Source of the DNA: Diadema antillarum
Taxonomy: Eukaryota
Assembly (NCBI RefSeq): GCF_040938485.1
Contig: NW_027272710.1
Coordinates: 1 to 64,000, forward strand
Direction of reading: 5' to 3'
Length of the DNA stretch: 64,000 nt
Part shown: in pieces, positions 11,408 through 21,792 of the stretch
Numbering within the stretch: the stretch's first letter is position 1
How the letters are laid out: each line of letters starts with the position of its first letter
Translations under genes and position numbers: made by a program
The notes under the pieces: generated by a model
Told to the model about the DNA's origin: nothing
What the model saw: the letters and a program-made list of their open reading frames with translations, nothing else
Database searches by the model: none

Positions 11408-12004
11408 TTAAAAAATACTATTACACAGGAGATACATTGCAATTTTACATCACAAACCATCTTGAAAAAAAAAAAAAAACTACAGAATGATTTTTACCTC
11501 TTGTCTTAATGAAAAAAAAATCATGAACTTCGACTCATCTATATCACTACGGCAGCGGCTGTGGTTGTTATCAAATCAAATTAAACTCTACCTTTTCCTT
11601 TTCAAATGTAATCGTCACTAATTTCTGATTTTCTGAATTTCCACTCTTCCGCTATAACGTATAAATCAATAATATCCATCGATTTGCTATGCAATCATCG
11701 TCAAAACTAAACAGAGAAAGTCGATAAGCGTCATTCATACAAAAAGACGTCTTATCCATTTATATGAAGGCCTAATTACATCAGTAATCAAAAATAAGAT
11801 AACAAATATTCTTAAGATAAGAAATATCTTAACAACAATTCAGTTTTAGTAAGAGCTATAGATGGCTCTTGAAGATGACAAGGTGTAAGGCAAGACAGGA
11901 GTTTAGCACATCTTACAAGAATAAGTAAAAATATTTGAATAGTCAATACTGAATACATTCGAGCAAGAACTCAAGACATGGATATTTCACCAAAAGCTGG
12001 CCTC

Positions 12005-13070
12005 TTATGCTCGCCTCATGCGCATACAGGCACATGACACGGGGACTTGAAGGGTCTTCTGCTCGTACCGGAAGTGGCCATCCACACACTGAGTCTTCTG
12101 CAGGACTTTCATGTTGTACATCACAGGTTGACAACGAAGGTTGGGATCCACTTGGTGTGTGTAAGGATCCAGACATGCAGAACACTGGCACTGGGCCATA
12201 GTGATCGCCATTGGAATGCGGTCGGCATCGAAGCATTCCACGTAGGTCCATGGACACGAGCCGTCTTGGTTGACAATCTCCGGACTTCCAGGGTTTGGTT
12301 TCGCTCCTACGGGGCAGTCCTGCGGGCTGGAGACGCCATCAAACGGACAGCTTGACGTACCGGCCAAGCCCATGTCACTGGTCGACAGGTTGAAACTTTG
12401 TACGGCGAATGCTGCAGCTTTAGGATAGAAAAGATTAGAGTTCAGTTCTCGTCGATGGGAATCAGCTGCGTCTCTTGGCAGACATGTCTGAGAGGTGCTC
12501 GGGACTGGTGACGATGTAACGGTCTGGAAGATGGCTGCTGCCATCGACGTAAGTAGAAGTAGGGTCTGATGAGGCAAAATGATAAGAGATGGGTAAATGA
12601 TACGTCCATACGTCCATATGGATGAAATTGTATCAAACTAATTACTTATCTCAATGCAGAAAATATAATAAGTGGAAAACAACTTGAATACTATTCGCAT
12701 TTCAACTAGTAACGGAGTTTCAATGCAAATGGGAAATCATTTAAATGGAATACGTAATGACGGTAAATCTTGCCCTTCTGGTCGTTGTCATAGACTAATT
12801 ACACACGGCTTTTGCAAAAATATATTAACCTGGATTAATCGACAAATACAAAATAAATTTAATCTTATACATAACGTTCATGGCGACACAATTTTCGAGT
12901 GTTTCCTAGATGAAAGACGAGCGGAGGCGGTCAACTGAAATACCACGCGGAATTACTGTAATTGCAACGATACCAACTGTCAAATAATGTCAGATGTGAC
13001 GGTAAGATATTCATAATGGCACGACTCTTTTTGAATGTCAAACTAAAGTGGTGGTGGGACTCACATTCAT
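12005..13070 (-). CDS. IL17: Interleukin-17 family cytokine, copy 1 (type A), two exons: join(13070..13065,12565..12005), 188 aa
   Basis: IL-17 cystine-knot pattern SCPWTY..DADRIP..AQCQCSAC..CQPV..VL..C..VPVSCAC. Exon 1 is caaaATGAAT|GTGAGT and the acceptor is ctcttatcattttgcctcatcag|ACC. The spliced N-terminus MNTLLLLTSMAAAIFQTVTS looks like a signal peptide. Confidence 0.9.
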
Positions 13071-13254
13071 TTTGAGCGTGGTGTTTAAATCCTCTTGTTT
13101 CTTGCAGTATAACGTGCTTTTCCAATTGAGACGTTTACGAGTCCTCTCTAGTAAGTTGACGTCGAGGTATCTTCCAGGCAAGAAGTGCTCAGTGATATTC
13201 TGGATGTCCTAGCGTGCAGGCTTAAGATGATGGAGAAAACCCCACACCGACGAG

Positions 13255-13261
13255 TTTTATA
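13255..13261 (-). promoter_or_regulatory. TATA box of IL17 copy 1
   Basis: TATAAAA about 185 nt upstream of the ATG with no ATG in between. Conserved at 27511-27517, 40539-40545 and 55611-55617. Confidence 0.7.
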
Positions 13262-13433
13262 CCATCAGCTTACCGGATGGAGATTATGTCACCTGTACGG
13301 ACACGGCACGTGTCTTTATACTTCCTAGTTCCTTCCCGCTATCATAGACATCCCGAGATTATTATTTGTGCTGTTTAAACTAAGGCCTATCGTCTGTACA
13401 CCCTGTTCAAATATGAAACCTCTCCACAGGCAA

Positions 13434-13443
13434 GGGAATTCCC
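13434..13443. promoter_or_regulatory. NF-kB site GGGAATTCCC, copy 1
   Basis: Perfect palindromic kB consensus about 170 bp upstream of the TATA box, identical in all four promoters. Confidence 0.75.
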
Positions 13444-14254
13444 AGGAGATGCAGCTTTAATTAGATTATGTACATATAGATCCAAAAATAGCCTTCTTAA
13501 GAATACACTTACTGTTCCACTCAAATAGAATAACAAATTGGATTTTTTTTTCTAATGATCTAATCCTTTAATATCTTGGAACTGACCAAAGCACTATTAA
13601 ACAAAAGTACTCATTGCAACAATACTAAAGAAAACTTCGGAAGTCATTATTTGGTGACGCAGATCTCTGATGAAATGTTTTAGATAAAGAGAAACCCTGA
13701 ATTAAACAGTTTGTAACTCTAAAGGATCTGTCACTCGAAAGAGTTTATGTTCCTGAAACAATATTTATGAGAGAAACTCAAACACACAGGTAAAGATACT
13801 GATGCAAACGGGAAATTAAGAGTCACAGAAAATTTTCCAGCGGGAACAATTTCTGTTTTGCAGTGGGAAAAACCGAAGCCGTACGAACGGAAGCAACTCC
13901 AATTTGGATTATACAAAAACGGATATCTTATTAATAACTTATTGATATATCAAGAGAAACAAGGAAATATGAGAATCTGACTTTTTGAGGTGAAAAGTAT
14001 AGTTAATGATAAATAGCTACTAAATATAATGATGTCGACTAAAATATAAAGACGTTTTCTCCCTAGAAAAGGAAATGTAAGGGACAGTCTGCCCCTCCCC
14101 CTCCCTCCGGTTTCGCCATCCTTGCTACGCTTTACACAAAATAATAATATATATAATATAATATAATATGATATATTTAAGACCTGAAAGGTGTTCGCAA
14201 TTGCATTCAAAACATTGCAAATAACCCTGTTGGAAAGAACACAATGTCCCACAA

Positions 14255-14530
14255 TGTAAAACACTATGTGAAACACACTGCGAAAACATTGTAAACACAC
14301 TGTGAAATCTCTTCACACAGATAAATTCGAGCATATCAACAGTCTGAACACATTGTGAATCATCAATTCATAGGTATGAATCATTAATTCACAGTGTGGA
14401 ACAAAGCATTAATAATGAATACCCTGTGAAAAACCACATCACAGTGTGAAATAATCTCCAGACTGTTAAATTAAAGCGTTTTCTCATAGTTGACTTTGTG
14501 AACACAGTGTGAACGCACTGTGGGACACTG
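14255..14530. repeat. CACAGTGTG-rich degenerate array about 1 kb upstream of the promoter
   Basis: Repeated CACA(G/C)TGTG motifs. Paralogous arrays at ~28395-28615, ~41490-42030 and ~56560-56830. Confidence 0.6.
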
Positions 14531-16489
14531 CGTTCTTTTCAGTAGGGAAGGACAAAGTGTTATCTGCCATCTTCAACCAAGACATCGAAAGGATAATATC
14601 GTGTCATATTCAATAGTGACAAGTCCACTTCACTCTGTCTATATTTCTCTACCGAAAACATGCATATAAACTTAAACATCAAATGGGGTAAATACATCGG
14701 CATGTCTTCCTTCAATTTCTGACACAAGTCTTCTGATACTATAATCAAGGGAAAGTCGCTGCGATAGAACAATCACTCCTGTAATGTAAAGCCATTAAGT
14801 GCAAGAAATTTTCCAATGTAAAGAAAAAGGAGAAAAATCCTCCTTCATTGATCTTTACCTTTTCCACTTTTCAAAAAGAAATAATATTTTGTTTAATATC
14901 TTCTTAAAGAAAATAATCTATTGATATGCTTCGGTATAACGTCACTGCAAAAGTGTATAATCGTGTAAATATCTTTCATCTCTATCGCTTGAAATATTCG
15001 GCATTTTTGATAAGCATGCAAGTTGTTTTGAATTATAACCAAGTTGTTTATTTGGTGTACATTTTACGCCAATGTTATTGAATATTTAGGTGGAAGAGAA
15101 TGGGCATTAACATCTTCTTGACTCCCAGAGCGCCAACTTGAAAAACGTGTAACAGACTGCATAGCAGTCAAAGATTGGAAGGACAACAAACCTCCTTTTT
15201 TTTTACGGCTTGTTTTGTCAACATACCTTAATACATATCCGAGACATGGACCATGAAAAAGGCCCTGCAGGACCGGCTTGATGTCACATACAGTCGGCTT
15301 TTTATGACAGTGCAGGATATCAGTTTTGGAGAGCACAAAACAAGCAAAGAAATCCATTGAGATATTTCATTTGTTGTTGTTTTTTTTCTCTCTCTCTCTC
15401 TCTCTCTCTCATCCGCTTGTAAAGACATTTATTTCAACATTATGTTTCCGGAAAAAAAAAATATATATGTTAATGTAAATCATGTATTACAATCGGTCTT
15501 AAAAAACATATTGCTTATACATAGGACATCTATTCCAATTTCTAAAACACTCCAGATTCCCCGCTAAAAAACAACAACAGATATTTGTTCTTTTTTTTCC
15601 TCCCCTATTTTATTCTCCAGAATCAACACTTTATAAATAGTTCAAAATTCAAAATTTACCAAATGAATCAGCTTTCATTCAAGAGAGAGTCTCTGATTCA
15701 ATCTTTCATTTACCTCTTGGGGTTTTTTTTCAGTTAAAGACATAATATATATCTATTCATCTTACAGTACAAGAGAACATGTTGGAAGTCTTTCCTGCAA
15801 TCACAAATATTACATAAATCTCTGTCACTAAATTTCCAGACAAACGGTTTTTGTTTAACCGAGAAAGTATCATTACGTAAAAAAGATTCCTTTACTGAGT
15901 TTTGATTTGTCTGTGTAACTCTTTTCAAAATACTTCCAATCTACATTCAAATTTTATGATCTTTTCACAATACAATTCTGTCAAGTGGAATTCAATTAAA
16001 ATGCTCCCTGACAAACTATCAGTCATGGGCTTTTGCTTTCGTCTGGCAGTTATAGTTGGTACAACAAAATATACACATTTTGGTATCGCAGATTTTATTT
16101 TAATTAAAAATATTCAAAAAACCTGTTTATTGACTATTCTTTATCGTAATCTATGATATCTTCTGTTGACAACAAATTACTTAGCCCAGTACAGATATCA
16201 TTCTGATGCGTAAAATAATCGCTCCATTTACCTTTCTTCATTCAAACTACGTTTGAGCTTCATAACAAATGTACTTATGATCATACATACCATGAAATTT
16301 CCTTATCAAATAGAAAAAAAAAAGTTCATCCCGACAATGTAATAGATAACCACGCGCAAAATAAAATATCGCACAATTTGAATGTCTTTATAAAGGATCG
16401 AAGATTTTTTTTTAGGGTGTTTTGTTACTTTTTACATCTTTGTTCGGAGATAGTGCCGAATTAGATAATGATTACTCATACTGAATATA

Positions 16490-16708
16490 GTCGTAGAACA
16501 CAATTGTCCCTGTTTCCGTGTAAAGGAATAAATGTCCGATGTAATTTCTTTGAGGTTATCCTGCCCATGCAGACTAGGGAGACTTCTGAACTATACTGAT
16601 TGCATTGCACGAGATATTGAGCATGAAATATCCGACTTCCAAACTCTGATGACTGACAGAAATATTTGGCACGGCATAGTGTCTCTATCTCTGATGCGTT
16701 CGTCTTAA
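16490..16708 (+). pseudogene. Decayed 3' end of an RTE-like LINE ORF2
   Basis: Translates as CFRVKE*MSDVISLRL..GRLLNYTDCIARD..DFQTLMTDRNIWHGIV, resembling the RTE C-terminal GRP.TY.D..RD...M.DR..W pattern. Confidence 0.6.
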
Positions 16709-18090
16709 ACAATTACTGATTCAAAACCGTTTGATACAATGCAACAACACTCGTATCTAATTATGTTGCAATAAATGTAAAACATTACCAAAAAAATTAT
16801 ATTTTGTAAAATTGGCATTTCTTATAATATTATTAGTATTTTGGCCCTCTACCCCTGACACTTTCACTCTTGATATTTTACCAGTTATATTTTACCTGGC
16901 ACCAAGTTAGCTTGCATGTATATGTGTGTGTTGATGACCTGTACTTTCACATGCATTCCGCACTATCATAACATGACGGATGTTGTGGTCGGCTGGTTCT
17001 TCCTTTGTTAATGTAGTTTAGTATTCTTTGAGTAGACGGAAATGTAAGTTCCCTTCTGTGAAATCAAAACTATGCGGAATTCTCAGAAGTGTTTGATGTC
17101 ATTGTTACACCACTGACGTATATACTTGTCCGAAGTCCGAAGTTGTAAGTATATACCTTTCTATTTTGGTAGTAACCCACGTGCCTGCCCAATAGTTTTC
17201 CTTATTTTAATGTCGTTACTACTCCTTATCTGTTGAGGACTTATCGGTAACGATCATCTAGAAGACATACAAAGCCGTATAAAAGTCACTTTGTTATTTT
17301 GCATTCGTTGCTTTTTTTCGCCATTAACTTAGCTTTAATTTATTCGATGAGACGATATTAGATTATAACGATGAACAGGTTTCCCAATTTTTACCAGTTT
17401 ACGGTGCTGTACTTGGGGCTTCCCTTGTATTCACATCTTTAAAAGTGATATCACCATAATATCACAACAGCATGTAGGCTCAGTTTAGATAATTAATGGT
17501 CAGAATCACTGCTGATCAGCAAAGCAAATTGACCTGACTGAAGTGAAGAGTCGAAGGTTTTACAAATTTATTCCACAGGTGGATGATCACGACGGGGAAA
17601 TAGTTGTTTATAGACAAGACAATTAACGAAGAGAAAGAAGGATATCACTTCTGAACAAAATAGTATGACAATAGCTTATTTGGATAATTAATTCCAAAAA
17701 TAACTTGATTAATTTTTTGGATCAGTCTACATTATTTTGATCATGCCACGGGAGGAAAAAATGACAGTCTAGTGAACTTGGCGGAAATACGAAAATCCGG
17801 CGGACCTTGTTCTATCGCACCTCCGTGTGACAACAAAATGCCAAGGTCTCACACCCAGAAGACATCTAGATTGTAAATGTACAATGCACCATACATAAAA
17901 TGTATCAATCAAACAATACACATACAGCGTCTCCGTTCAACCTCAGCAATTCAGGTGTTGTCATTCTCCAATGATTCATCCAACATATCGCTTTTCCTTA
18001 GGTCACTCATTATGAAGCTTTTCATGTGAAAGATCGTATTCAAGACCTTTTGTCAGCTGTTTGCTGTCTAATCATCCATACTGTATCTAT

Positions 18091-19843
18091 CTCTTTTGGA
18101 ATAGTCATAGCGTTGCCACATATTAAAACACACTGTGATTCACAGTGTGAAACACAGTGTGTTATCTCACACTATGGTTACCTGCGAAATTGGACGTAGG
18201 GTAATGCTGTGTTATTATCACACTGTGGAAAATCTCAGTATTTCATACTGAGGCATATAGTATGTCATAGTGAGGCATCCCATACTGTGTTATCTTCCAC
18301 AGTGTCTCATACTGTGTTATCTACCACAGTCTTTCACTCTGTGTTAGCAAACACAGTCAAAAAAAAATCTAAGACAATCAATAGCCATAATAAAATGTAT
18401 CATAATTTACCCAACAGGCGAGTGATGAATTTCAGGACAACATGTTCCCTCCTATATAACCTGTCCTTCTCGTAATAGTAACCTCAAGCAACTTATACGG
18501 CCTATTACCATTGTAGTCCTAAATAAATCTATAACAGTCATCCCATTCCTACTTAGACATCGGGTGTATCAATATATCATATGCCATCTATTCGTAATGC
18601 ATTAAGGCATGGTTCTCAAATAGACAATACTTTACTATCAAGAAATGAAGTTACACTTTCATAACAAAATTTATAACATTTGGAATATTATAACATTATT
18701 AGACAATCTTTGATAAAGTTCAAAGTAAAGACTTATCATAAATACCCTGAAATTAGAAGTATTTATTAGGAATTTTCTAACATTTTGATTGCATTTAATG
18801 AATATTTATGAGCTTTATGACATTTTGTGCCATAGTGTTACCACAGGAGCACCACAGGATACTATAGGAACCACAGAAATACCACACGCGAAGTGTCACA
18901 TACTGTACCTCATCACTCCCACTTAATAGGTTAAATACTGTTTAAATTCATTGTTATAATCATGCTGCAACATATGTGACACGTTCAGTGGTTAGTTTGT
19001 GGTAAACTGTAGTTCATGATGAGTCACTGTGTGACTTTTGGGTGACAAACCACATAATCTAGAATTTCGCACTGTGTCAATTCGGTGGACATAATATTCC
19101 CACATACTGCAATGTGTCACACAATTCGGTTGTGTGTGTGTGTGTGTTGCAAGCGCTGTAGCAACTGTGATTACTATGTGACTTTCGGTGAAGAACATCA
19201 TACACTAGAATTCCACACTGTGGCAACTCTGTTGGCACACAAATTTTACATACAGTATGTGACTCACTGTGGTTATTATATGGTAAGCTGTGGTAACTGT
19301 GATTTCTATCAGATTTAGCATGTGGTAAGTCACATAGTTTAAAAACACACTGTGCTCTTACGTGAACACATCTTTCCTACAGAATGAAATATGAAACACA
19401 CTGTGACTATCATGTGGTAGCTGTAGTAACTCTATACTACTATCTGGCTATATAGGAGATAAACCACATAGTATATCGTTTCACACTGTGACATCACTGT
19501 GGGGGCGTTATTCCCATAGAATGCAATATGTGACACACTGTGACTATCATGTGGTAACTGCATGTCACATATGATAAGTATGTGCTTAACCACGTAGTCT
19601 GAAAATTCATACTATGACAACTCTATGAACACACCATGCCCACATACTGCAGCATATGACACACTGTTACCATTATGTGGTAAGCTGTGGTAACTGTGTA
19701 TATCTATGTAAGTTATAAGTGGTGAACCACGTAGTTTTCAATTTGAGACTGTGGCAACACTGTGAACACAATGTATTCACACATTTTACACATCGTTAAC
19801 TATGTGAACACAGTGTGGTAGTACTGTGTTTGTTCCATAAGTT
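18091..19843. mobile_element. ~1.75-kb insertion with CACAGTGTG arrays at both ends
   Basis: Present here, at 31049-35800 (interrupted) and at 45688-47522. The flanks are directly joined near 60832. The possible short TIR (CTCTTTTGGAA / TTCCATAAGGG) is weak. Confidence 0.6.
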
Positions 19844-20506
19844 CATGGCTCACGTTCTCTTCGATATTTCATCTGCTTGTCGACAAGGTCCTCTCAATCT
19901 AGTTGCACATCACTGTCAAGTGTCCATAATTTGCACAGGAATATTTGATTAGTGAGGGGCAAAAGTTATGAAACTTCTTTTCTCAAGTTGTAGCAGTTGG
20001 GCAGAAATCAAGCTGTGGCGCCTTCAGTTAGGAGTCTATTGAAGTAATGATTAAATGTAAGCACAAGGTGCAAAGTTCATTTCTAAGACGTAGCATTTTT
20101 TTTTTGTATTATTGTTCCCCTGCATTAGAACGAAAACACCATGGCGGAAGAAATCACAGTACAAACTGGACGTCAAGCTATTACGATCATTTCTGATAAA
20201 TCCTTTAAGGGAGAAGATTAAAGTCAACATCATTTCATACTTGTGTGTTTGGAACACCGAGTTACAAATTGCTAATATTTCAAATGCATTTATCACTTCG
20301 GAATTAGCCCTATTCAATTACTGAATTCTCATTTTCGAGTAAATGGCAGAGATAAACAGTTCTATATAATAACTGTAAGTCTTGAAATGAAACCACAACC
20401 AAAATAAGATACTCCGTCCCTACGAAGGACCAACTTTTCGAAACTATCGTCCAGTGATAGATATTTAAGAATAGTTTGTTGTTTTTTTTTAATAATGATC
20501 ATCCAG

Positions 20507-20649
20507 GGGGGGGGGGGAATTTCATGAAACATTTTGTCCGACAAAGTTGTCAGACAAATTTGCTCTCAGCCAATCAGATGTAAGGATTTCAGTAGCTTGT
20601 AACAGTTTGTCAGAAAAATATCCGACCAAAACGCTTAATGAAATTCCCC
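20507..20649. mobile_element. PIF/Harbinger-like MITE
   Basis: GGGGGAATTTCAT...ATGAAATTCCCC termini with a 3-bp CAG duplication. Empty sites near 3222 and 61660. Confidence 0.7.
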
Positions 20650-21349
20650 CAGCTCATACCGCTCAATTTTTTCTTTTTTTTAACGGAAACAAGGTATTCC
20701 GTTACGTCATTTTAATGTTTCTTTCACGATTTTTTCTTAACGAGTTGGAATTATCTTCCTTTTTTTGTGATGCGCGTTTGTTTCAGGCTCTGGCTGTGTA
20801 CACGCAGGTAACGTTATTTTTTTTTCTGTGTATGTGTGTGTGTTACTTGCGTTACATGTGTGTTACTTGCGTTACATGTTGGGTGTGTGTGTGTGTCTGT
20901 GTGTGTGTCTGTGTGTGTGTGTTATTTCAAGTATGCCTAACTGATTACATTAAAATTATGTTGAATAATGTATGTACAATTGTATGTGCTTGGTCTGAGA
21001 GATAAGAAAAAGAAAAACAGTTGACTCACTTCTCTTCTCACTGAGCCAACACCCTAAATCCTACACATATTCGTTGAAATAATATAACCACACACACGCA
21101 CACACACACACTCACACATACATTCATATAACTTAATGCACACCCGTGCAACAACACGATCAAGTACATCCACATCAGATCTACGTAGCCACACTCAAAC
21201 TCTTACGCACACGTACAAATGTGAAAACAGAAAATGATACCGGTCACTTGTGGTTAAGCGCCGGGTTACTAAGCAAGTCGGCGAACAGACGTCAATCTGT
21301 ATTCGATACAATATAGATAAATGCATGTATGCATATGATTTATATACAT

Positions 21350-21594
21350 GAGGAGTTTGTTCGCAAAAACCGATAAGTCCATTTTTTTTAAGATTTTGAA
21401 TTACGGTCTATGTCATAAAGTACAAAATAATACATTTTATATGATGTATTAGTCACTACATATACAGGTACATTTTTGAAGTTATGGTCAAAAGAAACAT
21501 TCATTTTATAATTCTCTTTATTTTTCTTGACCTTTAATCGCAAATATCTCCATTTGGCAAATATGGACTTATCGGTTCTTGCGAACAAAAACTC
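21350..21594 (-). mobile_element. GAAGAG-TIR MITE, reverse orientation
   Basis: Reverse complement of 4036-4282 and paralogous to 49006-49249. Confidence 0.88.
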
Positions 21595-21792
21595 TAAGTA
21601 TTTGTAAGCTCTTTGGGAAGTCAATAATGTGCTCAGACACGATACATGATTCTTTATGCGTTTTATTGAGCTCAATAGATTAGTGCCCTTTTTAGTAGGT
21701 ACATGCAAGCACAACATGTGCGCACAATCTTGAGAAGTACAGTTTCCCGCCCTATGAGGAAACGGAAATTAAACGTCTAACCATATCTAAAC

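Noticed and set aside
11943-12257. 104-aa alternative-frame ORF (MSMDLRG...) open in all four copies, plus antisense ORFs over IL17
   Set aside because: These are shadows of a near-identical coding sequence. They have non-ATG starts or no known motif, and their conservation is explained by recent duplication.
21240-21295. tRNA/SINE A-box-like GGTCACTTGTGGTTAAGCGCC in each unit
   Set aside because: No B box or cloverleaf follows. At most it is a very decayed SINE head.
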